A stretch of 64,000 nt of DNA from Verrucomicrobiales bacterium (GCA_027490985.1 JAIXXC010000269.1:665-64664); one strand, 5' to 3'; counted from the first letter of the stretch, positions 31,229-41,043 are shown. Notes: a model not told the origin generated them from the sequence alone. Made by a program: numbers and translations.

Positions 31229-32422
31229 ATGCCGAAGTTCCGCTACACCGCACTCAACGCCGACGGCCGCCAGGTCTCCGGCCAACTCGAGGCCGAAGGC
31301 GAAGCCGCTGCGGTGCGGATGCTGGGCGAGCGCCAACTCTTCCCGGTCAGCATCGCCTCGGCCGATGCCTCCCAGTCCAAGCGCCGCCGCGTCTCCAGCC
31401 GCGACATCGGCATGATGTACGGTCAGTTGGCCGACCTGATCGGCTCGGGCGTGCCCATGCTGCGGGCGCTCGATTCCCTGATCCGCTCCACGGTCAACAG
31501 CCAGCTCAAGGCGATCCTCAAGGAGGTCCGCACGGCGGTGGCCGACGGCCAGACCCTCACCGATGCGTTGCGGAAGTTCCCCGAGGTATTCCCGCCGTTG
31601 CACACCTCGATGGTCCAGGCCGGCGAGCGGGCGTCGTTCCTGGAAGACGTCTTGCGTAGCCTCTCCGAGTTCCTCGAGCGCCTCGACGAACTGCGCGCCA
31701 AGGTGATGGGAGCCATGATCTACCCGGCCCTGCTCTCAGCCCTCGGAGCCACGGTCATGGCCGGCGCCCTCATCTTCTTCGTGCCGAAATTCGAGCCTCT
31801 GCTCGCCGGGGCCCAAAAACCCCTGCCCACCGTGTTGCTCTTCGGGGCCAGCACGATCCTGCGCAGCTATTGGTACATCGTGGCCCTGGTCTTGGCGGGG
31901 TTGATCGGAGCTCTCGTGTCGGCCCTGCGCAAGGAGTCGTCCCGACGCACACTCGAAATCTGGCAACATCGCGTCCCGGTGGTGGGCACCGCGCTCAAGA
32001 TGCTGGCGATCACCCGCTTCTGCCGCATTCTCGGCACCATGCTGGCCAACGGCGTGCCCATGCTGGGGGCGCTCAAGATCGCCAAGGATGCCACGGGTTC
32101 CCGCTTGCTGGGCGAGAAGATCGCCATCGCCGCCGAGAGCATCCGCGATGGCAAGTCGCTCTCGGGCCCCTTGTCGCAGGGCGGGCTCTTTCCCGACCAG
32201 ATCATGGCCATGATCACCGTGGCCGAGGAGTCCAACAAACTCGACAAGGTGCTCCTGCAGATCGCCAACACGGTGGAACGCCGCACCAATCAGCAGGTCG
32301 ACCAATCGGTGCGTCTGATCGAGCCGGTCATCCTGTGCCTGGTCGCCGCCGGCATCGGCTTCCTCGCGCTCGGCCTGCTGCTGCCGATCTTCACGCTGGC
32401 CGGTTCGCTCGGGAAACACTGA
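31229..32422 (+). CDS. GspF/PilC-family platform protein (type II secretion system F)
   Basis: 397 aa with duplicated T2SSF domains, three TM segments, and the typical N-terminus MPKFRYTALNADGRQVSG. Confidence 0.9.
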   Translation: MPKFRYTALNADGRQVSGQLEAEGEAAAVRMLGERQLFPVSIASADASQSKRRRVSSRDIGMMYGQLADLIGSGVPMLRALDSLIRSTVNSQLKAILKEVRTAVADGQTLTDALRKFPEVFPPLHTSMVQAGERASFLEDVLRSLSEFLERLDELRAKVMGAMIYPALLSALGATVMAGALIFFVPKFEPLLAGAQKPLPTVLLFGASTILRSYWYIVALVLAGLIGALVSALRKESSRRTLEIWQHRVPVVGTALKMLAITRFCRILGTMLANGVPMLGALKIAKDATGSRLLGEKIAIAAESIRDGKSLSGPLSQGGLFPDQIMAMITVAEESNKLDKVLLQIANTVERRTNQQVDQSVRLIEPVILCLVAAGIGFLALGLLLPIFTLAGSLGKH

Positions 32423-32492
32423 GCGTCGACAACCGGTTCGGGAATCGTCCATTCTGAGGACAACACCCCATTTCGCGGAGGACAAGGCCACC

Positions 32493-33992
32493 ATGAACAA
32501 CACCTCCCCCTGGCATCGCTCCCGGGCCCACGCGCCGGTCACGCGTCGGGAATTCCTGTGGCGTTCCGGCGGTGGATTGGGCGGCATCGCCTTGGCGTCG
32601 CTGCTGAATCACGACTCCCTGCTCGCGGGCCCGTCCACCGGGGCGGCCAAACTTCCTCCAGGCCGCCCACGGGCCAAGCGGGTGATCCAACTCTTCATGG
32701 CGGGCGCCGCCAGCCATGTGGATCTCTGGGACTACAAACCCTTCCTCGAACAACACCACGGGGAGAAATGGGATCCCGGTGAGGCCGTGGAGCTGTTCCA
32801 AGACGGGCTGGGTTCCACCTTCGCCTCGCCTTGGAAGTTCAAGCCTTACGGGCAGAGCGGCAAACATCTCAGCGAGGTCGTGGCCCCGCTCGGTCGTTGC
32901 GTCGACGACATGGCCTTCATCCACAATCTCGTGGGGAGGAGCGGCGTCCATTCCCAGGCCACCCTGCTGCAAGCCACCGGATTCCTGACCCCGGGATTTC
33001 CGGGCATGGGGTGCTGGACCAGCTACGGGCTGGGCTCACTCAACGAAAACCTGCCCACCTTCGTGGTGATGCCCGACCTCCGCGGCATGCCCTCCAACGG
33101 AGCCAAGAACTGGGACTCGGCCTTCCTGCCCGCGGAACATCAGGGGACACTCATCCGGGTCGGATCCGAGAACCCCATCGAGGCTCTGTTCCCACCGGCC
33201 GACAGCGGATTCATCACCCCCCGCTCCGAAGCCGACGGTCTGGCCGCCCTCGAACGCCTCAACCGGATCCATGCGGCCGCACGGCCCGGAGACCAGCGCC
33301 TCGAGGCCCGCATCCGCACCTACGAACTCGCGGCCCGCATGCAGTTGGCGGCCCCGGAGGCGTTGGATCTGTCGAAGGAGCCGACCTGGATCCAGGAGGC
33401 CTACGGCATCGACAACACCACCAAGCAGTGGCCGGCGGAGATCAACGCGCCCGAAGAGACCGACATCATGGGCCGCAAATGCCTCACCGCCCGACGCCTC
33501 ATCGAGCGGGGCGTGCGGTTCGTGCAGATCTGGTCGGGCAACGACAACAGCTTTCCGCGTCGCAACTGGGACTCCCACGAGAACATCGCCCAAGACCATG
33601 GCCCGCTCGCCATGGGCATGGCCAAGCCCATCGCCGCACTCATCGAAGACCTCAAGCAACGCGGTCTCCTGGACGACACGATCATCCTCTGGACCACCGA
33701 GTTCGGCCGCATGCCCTGTGCCCAGGGCGGCAAGGGTCGCGACCACAATCCGTTCGTCTTCACCAACTGGCTGTGCGGCGGCGGCATCCGCGGCGGGATC
33801 ACCCATGGCCAGAGCGACCAGTGGGGCTACAAGCCGGCCGACCGGAGCAACGTCACCGAGGTGTACGACATCCACGCGACGATCCTGCACCTGCTGGGCA
33901 TCGACCACACCCGGTTGACTTTCCGCCACAACGGCGTCGACCGCCGCCTGACCGACGTCCACGGCGAGGTCATCCGGCCGCTTCTGGCCTAG
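32493..33992 (+). CDS. DUF1501 domain protein (sulfatase/phosphatase-like, Tat-exported)
   Basis: Twin-arginine signal TRREFLWRSGGGLGGIALASLL, VIQLFMAGAASHVDLWDYKP, and GRDHNPFVFTNWLCGGGIRGG are hallmark DUF1501 motifs. Confidence 0.85.
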   Translation: MNNTSPWHRSRAHAPVTRREFLWRSGGGLGGIALASLLNHDSLLAGPSTGAAKLPPGRPRAKRVIQLFMAGAASHVDLWDYKPFLEQHHGEKWDPGEAVELFQDGLGSTFASPWKFKPYGQSGKHLSEVVAPLGRCVDDMAFIHNLVGRSGVHSQATLLQATGFLTPGFPGMGCWTSYGLGSLNENLPTFVVMPDLRGMPSNGAKNWDSAFLPAEHQGTLIRVGSENPIEALFPPADSGFITPRSEADGLAALERLNRIHAAARPGDQRLEARIRTYELAARMQLAAPEALDLSKEPTWIQEAYGIDNTTKQWPAEINAPEETDIMGRKCLTARRLIERGVRFVQIWSGNDNSFPRRNWDSHENIAQDHGPLAMGMAKPIAALIEDLKQRGLLDDTIILWTTEFGRMPCAQGGKGRDHNPFVFTNWLCGGGIRGGITHGQSDQWGYKPADRSNVTEVYDIHATILHLLGIDHTRLTFRHNGVDRRLTDVHGEVIRPLLA

Positions 33993-34109
33993 CCGGTATT
34001 CCGAGTCGGTGTTCCGAGTAGGAATCGCTTCACACCGAGGAGGCCGCACCCTCCTTTGGACTGGTGCGGATGGGGTTTGATGGGGTCGCTTGACCTCCGA
34101 CGCCTCGGG

Positions 34110-35921
34110 TCAAGGAACCGGATTGGCTTCCCGCATCCGGGAAAGGGCTTCCCGCACCTGGGCATCGGCGGGATCGAGGGCCGCCGCCTTTTCCAACAAC
34201 GGCCGAGCCTCCGACAGACGGCCCTGATTGTAGCGGATCAGGCCCAGCATCGACGTCGCAAGGGCATCGGTGGGATCCAGGCGGACCGCGGCCGCGAACT
34301 CGGTGGCGGCCGCCTCGTCATGCCCCGCCTCGACCTCCAGCAACCCCAGGTTGCCGTGGGCCCGGACATGGTCGGGATTGGACTCCAGCGCCCGACGGAA
34401 CGCGGCGATGGCCTCCGCGGTCGCCCCCTTCATGCGATGGCAAAGCCCCAGACAATAGTGGGCCTCGTCGAGGCGCGGTGACAGCGCCAGCGCCTGAACG
34501 AACTCGGCCTCGGCCTCGGCGGTGCGCTGTTTCGCCAGGAAGGCCCGCCCCCGGTTCACATGCGCTGTGGCGTCCCGCGGATCGATGCGCAACCGCTCGG
34601 CATTGAACGCCAGCGTATCCCGGAGGGTGCGCTCGAAGTTCAGGGCATCCCAGGCCTTCCGGGTCGATGCCGATCGCGGCAGCAGTTGCAGCCAGACCTC
34701 GGCCATCTCATCGGTCGTGTCCGGGCCGAAGCGCACGCGTCGCGGCGGGCGATGGGGATTGCGGGGATTGCCCTCGGAGTTGTCGAAGCTCACCCGCATC
34801 TCCACCCGGGTGCCGGCCGGCAGGAAGACCGGACGGGTGTAGGCGTAGTCGCCCTGCCAATTGAAGTCCCAGTCCGGGATCAGGAAGAGCGAGCGTCCCG
34901 TGCCATCCGGAAAGGTGGCCCAGGCCTCGATCCTTCGGCCCAGATAATGGGCATGGGGCAGAACGCCCAGTAGATCCGCATCGGCGGGGATGCGCACCTC
35001 ATCCCGGACCGTCTGATTCGTGGCCCCAGGCGCGAGGTCGATCTGGTATTGGATGAGTGACAGCTTCACGGGCCGATGGATCGGGGCTTCGTCCGTGAAA
35101 TAGAACCCGATCTCCATCTGAAGCGGCTCCGGCTTGCCGAGGGGTTGCAGATGGACCTGAACCACCACGTCCTGACCCGGACGCAGCGTCCAGCTCATGC
35201 CCGGCCGATTCCGGCGCGGCCCCGCCCCCGGCTGCCAACTCGAAAACTGCCCGTCCGGAGTCTGGACGCCGGCCGGCGTGTCCATCCCCGGGAACCCGGG
35301 CTCCGGATCCAGTGCGTCACGACGGCGCGCCTCGCCCGTGGCATCAAGCCGGAGGAAGGCATGATGAGCGGCCCGCGACTTCGGGCGCAGTTCCCATTGC
35401 CGTACCTGGCGGGGTCGATCCAGCGACACGGGCAGGACGAAGTGTCGATAGACATCCCTCCCCGAGGCGGGCACCGAGTACGCCGTGGGCATCCGGACGA
35501 TGAGATCGGGTGGGCCGTCGGCCCACTCGCCGGGCCATTCGCGCGGCGGCGGACCTTGTGCAGGATCTCCCTCGGGCATCCCTCCGGCGACCCACCGGGC
35601 CAGGACGGACACGGCCTCCGGAGCCAGTCGACGTTCGCCCTGAAAGCCTTCGGGCTGCGGGGCCGGCAGCCACGGCGGCATCGCCCCGCGCCGGGTCACT
35701 TCGACGATCTCTCGGGCATGCTTCACCGCATCGGCGAAGGTCAGGAGCGAAAACGGACCCGACTGGCCCGGCCGATGACACTCCGCACAGTGGGTCTGGA
35801 GGATCGGAGCCACCGCCCCGTGGAAGGTCGGCGCCGATTCCGCCCCAGCGGCGAGTCCGACCCAAAGGGCCCCCACCCGGCCCAGCCCTCGGACGAACCC
35901 CATGACACTCCGAGGTTTCAT
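34110..35921 (-). CDS. Periplasmic heme-c motif / PHM-DBH-like copper monooxygenase-fold / TPR fusion protein
   Basis: Signal peptide from ATG 35921 (MKPRSVMGFVRGLGRVGALWVGLAAGAES) and heme motif CAECH. Candidate copper ligands lie in two beta-sandwich-like halves (AAHHAF ... LPHAHYLG ... TTDEMAEVW; compare PHM HH / HxH / DEMC). The C-terminus carries TPR repeats. The start codon forms an ATGA overlap with the upstream redoxin gene. Confidence 0.7.
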   Translation of the reverse strand: MKPRSVMGFVRGLGRVGALWVGLAAGAESAPTFHGAVAPILQTHCAECHRPGQSGPFSLLTFADAVKHAREIVEVTRRGAMPPWLPAPQPEGFQGERRLAPEAVSVLARWVAGGMPEGDPAQGPPPREWPGEWADGPPDLIVRMPTAYSVPASGRDVYRHFVLPVSLDRPRQVRQWELRPKSRAAHHAFLRLDATGEARRRDALDPEPGFPGMDTPAGVQTPDGQFSSWQPGAGPRRNRPGMSWTLRPGQDVVVQVHLQPLGKPEPLQMEIGFYFTDEAPIHRPVKLSLIQYQIDLAPGATNQTVRDEVRIPADADLLGVLPHAHYLGRRIEAWATFPDGTGRSLFLIPDWDFNWQGDYAYTRPVFLPAGTRVEMRVSFDNSEGNPRNPHRPPRRVRFGPDTTDEMAEVWLQLLPRSASTRKAWDALNFERTLRDTLAFNAERLRIDPRDATAHVNRGRAFLAKQRTAEAEAEFVQALALSPRLDEAHYCLGLCHRMKGATAEAIAAFRRALESNPDHVRAHGNLGLLEVEAGHDEAAATEFAAAVRLDPTDALATSMLGLIRYNQGRLSEARPLLEKAAALDPADAQVREALSRMREANPVP

Positions 35922-36565
35922 TGGCGGAAGCGGCACCCCACCGCCGCGGTCTCGAGTGCCAGCGGAGCCCCCGTGTTGAGGTACTCGTCGAGCGCTTCGG
36001 CCAGATCATGGCGGGTCGCCTCCGGCCGGGAAACCCCCAGTCGCTGGAACTGGTCATTGATCCGGCCGCGGTAGATCAACCGGCCTCGACGATCCAAGGC
36101 CACGGCCTCCGGGGTGTGATTGACGCGAAAGGCCCGGGCCACGCTCCCGTTCACGTCCTGGAAGGCAGGCACCTTCAACCCGTACTCGGCGCGGTGCCGA
36201 AGGATGTCATCGCGGGTTTCCCGCCCCTGGGCATAGACCCAAGCCCACTTCAGGCCCCGCGGCCCGAGTCTCTCCGCCAAGGCCTCGATCTCCGGCAAGC
36301 ACCGGTTGGCGATGGGGCAATCGATCGACAGGTAGACCAGCACCACACCGCGTTCCCCGACGCTCTCGACCAGCGGGCGTCGCCCGCCCTGAAGGTCCAC
36401 CCAGTCCAATCCCGAACCGACCAGCGACGGAGTGGCCGTGGACGATGGCGCACAACCGCTCGCAAACGGCAAAACCACCCCAGCAAACCCGGCCACCTGC
36501 AACAAGACCCCCAGCCTCCGACGGAGCTTCGGATACTCCTGGGGATTTCTCGAACGGCGAGTCAT
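35918..36565 (-). CDS. Thioredoxin-fold (redoxin/AhpC-TSA-like) lipoprotein
   Basis: Lipobox VVLPFASGC and thioredoxin-like core VVLVYLSIDCPIANRC...HTPEAVALDRRGRLIYRGRIND. Confidence 0.75.
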   Translation of the reverse strand: MTRRSRNPQEYPKLRRRLGVLLQVAGFAGVVLPFASGCAPSSTATPSLVGSGLDWVDLQGGRRPLVESVGERGVVLVYLSIDCPIANRCLPEIEALAERLGPRGLKWAWVYAQGRETRDDILRHRAEYGLKVPAFQDVNGSVARAFRVNHTPEAVALDRRGRLIYRGRINDQFQRLGVSRPEATRHDLAEALDEYLNTGAPLALETAAVGCRFRQ

Positions 36566-36727
36566 GGCGGCTTGGGATCACGCTCATCCAGCGGGGCGCC
36601 GCCGTCCAGCCCAGAGCAACCAAGCCCCCAGGCCCCGAGCCGATCGCTCCGGACCTGTCCCTCATGGCCGATTGACCCGATCCGACCCGGCCCCGTAGCC
36701 TTCGGTTTGGATTCCCTGCCATTCACC

Positions 36728-38584
36728 ATGTTCTTCCCCATGTTCGCCGCGGTCGATCCGTGGATCGTTTCCCTCAGTGCCCTGACGGTCCTGGTGACCG
36801 TGGGCATGGGCTTCTGGGCGGCCGGACGCGCCAAGAGCGCCTCCGACTTCTTCGTGGCCGGACGCGGCGTCTCCGTGGGCTGGAACGCGTCGGCGATCTC
36901 GGGTGAATACCTCTCGGCCGCCTCGTTCATGGGAGTGGCGGGCATGGTGATGTCCAGCGGCTACGATGCGCTGTGGTATCCGGTGTGCTACGCCTGCGGG
37001 TACCTCTTCCTGCTGCTGTTCATCGCGGGGCCGCTGCGTCGTTTCGGCGCCTACACCATTCCCGACTTCGCCGAGGGCCGCTACGACTCGCCTCTCTTCC
37101 GCAAGATCGCCGTCGTGTTCGTCCTCTTCATCGGATTCTTCTACACCATGCCCCAGATGAAGGGGGCGGGCACCACCCTGGCCTACGTGTTCCAGGAGGT
37201 GGATTTCCGGGAGACCTTCCTGGAGACACTGGCCCCGCACGGCGCCGACGGGGCCGCACTGAAGGGCTTTCCGTACTGGGCCGGGGTGGTGGTCGTCGGG
37301 GCGGTCATCACCCTGAATGTCGCCCTGGGCGGCATGAAGGGCATCACGCTGGTGCAGGCCTTCCAGTATTGGGCGAAGATGTTCGCCATCTCGGTGCCGG
37401 TGTTCGTGCTGATGGCGGTGCAGGGCCACTACGGCCAGCACCTGCAGGCCACCCAAGCGCACCCGCCTGCGGCCCAGGTCTCATCGGCCGAAGGCCTTGA
37501 GAGCGCCCAAAGCCTCGAAAGCGCCCGATGGGCGACCACCTTGAAGCGTGCGCCGTTGCCTCCCAAGGCACCGGGTGACTCGAGTTGGCTCAATCCCTTC
37601 GGTCCGCTCACCAGCAAATCGGCGAAGGCGGCCCACTTGAGCGCGGACGAATCCAAACCCTACGCGCTCCTGTACACCTATTCGCTGATCATCGCGTTGG
37701 TCTGCGGCACGGCCGGATTGCCCCACATCCTGGTCCGTTTCTATACCAACCCCGACGGCGCCGCCGCCAAGCGGACGACGATGTGGGTGATGATCCTCAT
37801 CGGCATCTTCTATGTGTTCCCGCCGGTGTTCGGCGTGATGGGTCGCAACCTGCTCCCCGCGCTCTACGAGGCCACCGGGGCCAAGGGGACCGACAAGATC
37901 GTGCTCGAACTGCCCAAGGTGATCGACGCGACCACCGGAGGCTCCGGCACGATCCCCTGGGGATCCGTCCTCTCCGGCATGACCTGCGCCGGAGCCTTCG
38001 CGGCCTTCATGAGCACCTTCAGCGGACTGCTGGTCTCGATGACCGGGGCACTGGCCCATGATGTGTACGGCCGGATCCTGCGCCCTCAGTCCACCGCCCA
38101 GGAACGGATGCAGATGTTCAAATGGTGCGCGGTGTTGCTGGGGGCGGTCTCCACCGTGCTCGGCTGTTTCGTGGAGCAACTCCAGATCAACTTCATGGTC
38201 GGACAGGCCTTCGCCATCGCCGCCGCCAGTTACTTCCCCCTCCTCTTCATGAGCGTGTGGTGGCGCGGCATGACGATGAAGGGTGCGGCGACCGGGATGC
38301 TCACCGGTGGCGTGTGCGCCCTGCTGACCGTCGCGCTGACCAACTTCTCCGATCTGAAGTGGCTGCCGCTGGGCGACTTCTGGGCCGCTCATCCCCTGCT
38401 GCGGATCCTGTGCGAGCAACCGGCCATCTGGTGCGTGCCGCTGGCCATCGGCCTGATGGTGCTGGTTTCCAAGGCGACCGCGGCCACCGTGCCGTCCGAC
38501 ATCCGGATGAAGATGCTGGTCCTCCATGCCCCGGAAGCCCTCGGCTTGCGCCAAGAGTACATCCGGGATCACGAGGGCCATTGA
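36728..38584 (+). CDS. actP: Cation/acetate symporter ActP-like (sodium:solute symporter family)
   Basis: From ATG 36728: DFFVAGRGVSVGWNASAISGEYLSAASFMGVAGMV...YTIPDFAEGRY...GLPHILVRFYTNPDG are typical SSF/ActP motifs. The upstream 800 nt of track ORF 35921-38584 is antisense to the redoxin gene. Confidence 0.85.
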   Translation: MFFPMFAAVDPWIVSLSALTVLVTVGMGFWAAGRAKSASDFFVAGRGVSVGWNASAISGEYLSAASFMGVAGMVMSSGYDALWYPVCYACGYLFLLLFIAGPLRRFGAYTIPDFAEGRYDSPLFRKIAVVFVLFIGFFYTMPQMKGAGTTLAYVFQEVDFRETFLETLAPHGADGAALKGFPYWAGVVVVGAVITLNVALGGMKGITLVQAFQYWAKMFAISVPVFVLMAVQGHYGQHLQATQAHPPAAQVSSAEGLESAQSLESARWATTLKRAPLPPKAPGDSSWLNPFGPLTSKSAKAAHLSADESKPYALLYTYSLIIALVCGTAGLPHILVRFYTNPDGAAAKRTTMWVMILIGIFYVFPPVFGVMGRNLLPALYEATGAKGTDKIVLELPKVIDATTGGSGTIPWGSVLSGMTCAGAFAAFMSTFSGLLVSMTGALAHDVYGRILRPQSTAQERMQMFKWCAVLLGAVSTVLGCFVEQLQINFMVGQAFAIAAASYFPLLFMSVWWRGMTMKGAATGMLTGGVCALLTVALTNFSDLKWLPLGDFWAAHPLLRILCEQPAIWCVPLAIGLMVLVSKATAATVPSDIRMKMLVLHAPEALGLRQEYIRDHEGH

Positions 38585-38629
38585 AGCCCCGGGCGGGGAA
38601 CGCAGGGCCGGCGCCCGCTCCCCGAGAGG

Positions 38630-39484
38630 TCAGGGAGGAAACCCGAACGACAACTTCACCACCGAATACTCCGGATGGATGGATCCGTCGGCACGCCGGA
38701 TGATCAGCGGCGGCTCGGCCCAGGTTCGATCCCGGAGCGCCTCCGGGAGGTCTTCGGCGCGGTTCATCAAGAAGAGTCCGAGCAACGGATCGTCTCCCTC
38801 CCGCAAGACGACGGGGCGCATCCGCAGGATCGACAATCCGGCCGCGCGGGCCCCATCCCGGACCCGCTGAAGTTGATCGTCGGGACGCACCGGAAACACG
38901 CAGGCGAACACCCCGCCCGGCGCCAGATGCCGCACCGCCGTCCGACAGTAGTCGGCCACCGTGCCACGGACCTCGAATCGGCACGCCAGTTTCTGCGGAT
39001 GAGTGCTCTCAACCCCCGATCCGAGCGGAAAATACGGGGGACTGCCGAGGATGAGATCGAATCGTTCGTCCTCGCGCAGCACCGAAGGGTCGCGCAGATC
39101 ACCGCAGCGGATGTCGTAGCGTCCTTCCAACCCGTTCCACGCCGCCGACTTGCGGGCCAGACGGACGCTCTCGGTCTGGGCTTCCACCGTCACGAAACGC
39201 GCTTGAGGCAGACGCCACGCCGCGATCATCCCCACGGTGCCGATGCCACTGCCCAGATCGAGCACCGAACCGGCCGAAGGGCAGCCTTGGGTGCCGTACC
39301 AGGCCGTCAATACGTCGTCGGACGAAAACCGATGCCCCTCAATAGCCTGGAACAAACGGAAGTGACCGCTGATGGCATCAAGGCTCTCACCTGCCTCCAC
39401 CTCGGGTCCCCGCCCCAAGGCTCCCGGCGGTATCGGGCCCGGTTTGGTCCAACCCTTGAATTGTGCCGCAACACTCATCGCCAT
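38630..39484 (-). CDS. Class I SAM-dependent methyltransferase, N6-adenine (NPPY-like SPPYF) type, TrmN6/YfiC-like
   Basis: SAM motif VLDLGSGIGTVG and catalytic motif IV LILGSPPYFP. Confidence 0.75.
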   Translation of the reverse strand: MAMSVAAQFKGWTKPGPIPPGALGRGPEVEAGESLDAISGHFRLFQAIEGHRFSSDDVLTAWYGTQGCPSAGSVLDLGSGIGTVGMIAAWRLPQARFVTVEAQTESVRLARKSAAWNGLEGRYDIRCGDLRDPSVLREDERFDLILGSPPYFPLGSGVESTHPQKLACRFEVRGTVADYCRTAVRHLAPGGVFACVFPVRPDDQLQRVRDGARAAGLSILRMRPVVLREGDDPLLGLFLMNRAEDLPEALRDRTWAEPPLIIRRADGSIHPEYSVVKLSFGFPP

Positions 39485-39587
39485 GTGGAGGGCAGTTTCA
39501 GACTCCGCCCCTGCGGGCTCAATGTTTCATTGTGACCCGTCCGAATTGTCCATTGCCCGAGCCGGATCCGGCACGAAGAGTCGCGCC

Positions 39588-40094
39588 ATGCATCGCACCG
39601 CGTTGCGGCACGCCCACGTGGAAGAGGTCGACCAAATCCTCGAACTCATCCACGGCTTGGCGGAGTTCGAGAATCTGAGCCATCAGGTGGAGGTCACCCG
39701 CGAACGGCTCTTGACCACCCTGTTCGGCACCAAACCGGCCGCCGAGGTGGTTCTAGCCTTCGAGGGAGACACGGCCGTGGGGTTCGCGGTGTTCTTCCCC
39801 ACCTACTCGACCTTCCTGGGCAAACCCGGTCTCCACCTCGAAGACCTCTTTGTCCGTCCTGGATTCCGGGGCCGCGGTCACGGCCGCTCCCTCCTGAAGC
39901 ATCTGGCCTCATTGGCCTTGGAACGGGGTTGTGGTCGCTTCGAATGGACGGTCCTCGATTGGAACGCGCCCGCCATCGAGTTCTACCGCCGTCACGGGGC
40001 CGAAGTGCTCCCCGAGTGGCGCCTCTGCCGGGTGACTGGCGATGCCTTGGAGCGACTGGCGTCGGCCCACGCCCCGGCCAATGCGGGGGGATGA
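39588..40094 (+). CDS. GNAT family N-acetyltransferase
   Basis: From ATG 39588 (168 aa): acetyl-CoA motif VRPGFRGRGHGRSLLKHL plus FEWTVLDWNAPAIEFYRRHGA. Confidence 0.85.
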   Translation: MHRTALRHAHVEEVDQILELIHGLAEFENLSHQVEVTRERLLTTLFGTKPAAEVVLAFEGDTAVGFAVFFPTYSTFLGKPGLHLEDLFVRPGFRGRGHGRSLLKHLASLALERGCGRFEWTVLDWNAPAIEFYRRHGAEVLPEWRLCRVTGDALERLASAHAPANAGG

Positions 40095-40246
40095 GCCCAG
40101 AATCAAATCAGAATCAGACCCCACCAGACCCGACCGAACCGCTCGGGCTCCGGGTTCGGCGGCACGGAGTCCCAACCCGTGAAACTTCGCCTGCGAAAGG
40201 CCCGCCCCACCGGTGACTGGCAGAACGTCGCAATCGAAGCGGAAAG

Positions 40247-40288
40247 TCGGGAGCAGGAAATCGGGAGCAGGAAATCGGGAGCAGAAAC
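40247..40288 (+). repeat. Tandem 14-nt repeat x3
   Basis: tcgggagcaggaaa / tcgggagcaggaaa / tcgggagcagaaac, in the convergent GNAT-rplI spacer. Confidence 0.85.
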
Positions 40289-40363
40289 ACTTCAGCAGGG
40301 CTTGACCCACGCTCGACCGGACCTGGATGAGGCCGTTGAGGCCCTTGAAGCGTGTGCCCTGCT

Positions 40364-40402
40364 GGGCCAAAACGCCAAAACGGCGGACCGAAGTCCGCCG
40401 TT
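40364..40402 (-). terminator. Rho-independent terminator downstream of rplI
   Basis: Perfect 10-bp stem AACGGCGGAC / GTCCGCCGTT with a 4-nt loop (40379-40402). On the minus strand it is followed by TTTTGGCGTTTTGG. Confidence 0.7.
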
Positions 40403-40464
40403 GGTTTCAATCAGGCCAGAAAGATCCCTGGTTCAAGGGCTTTCATCAGCCATGCGCTGGAGAA

Positions 40465-40998
40465 TTACTTGGCGCCGCGGAAGGAACGCTTCTCGGTCTT
40501 CGGGGCCTCGGCGACGGGGGCGGCCACCGGTTCGGGCAGCGGGTTGGCGCTCTTGACCACCAACTTGAAGGCGGAACGAACCTCGGGGTGGAGGCGCAGC
40601 TCGACCTCGTACTCACCCAGGGCTTGGATGGGCTTCTCCAGGTGGATCTTGCGCTTGTCGAGCGAGACTTCCAACTGGGTCTTGAGGGCGTCGGCGATCG
40701 AACCGGAGGTCACGCTGCCGAACATCTTGCCGTCATCACCGGTCTTCACGGCGATGGTCAGGGTCACCTTGCTGAGGCTCTTGCCCAACTCGGACATGGA
40801 GCTCAGTTCCTTGGCTTCGCGCTCGGCCCGGCGCTGGCGCAGGGCTTCGACCCGGCGCTTGTTGCCCTGAGAAACCGGCACGGCCAAGCCATGGGGGATC
40901 AGGTAGTTGCGTGCGTAGCCGGAGGCGATCTTGACCAGATCGGACTCACCGCCCAGACCGACCACGTTTTGGATGAGGAGGACTTCTGTCTTTGGCAT
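40465..40998 (-). CDS. rplI: 50S ribosomal protein L9
   Basis: MPKTEVLLIQNVVGLGGESDLVKIASGYARNYLIPHGLAV is the canonical L9 N-terminal domain. Confidence 0.95.
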   Translation of the reverse strand: MPKTEVLLIQNVVGLGGESDLVKIASGYARNYLIPHGLAVPVSQGNKRRVEALRQRRAEREAKELSSMSELGKSLSKVTLTIAVKTGDDGKMFGSVTSGSIADALKTQLEVSLDKRKIHLEKPIQALGEYEVELRLHPEVRSAFKLVVKSANPLPEPVAAPVAEAPKTEKRSFRGAK

Positions 40999-41043
40999 GG
41001 GAAATAGGGATTGAAATTAACGGTTGAACAACAAATTGAAAAC

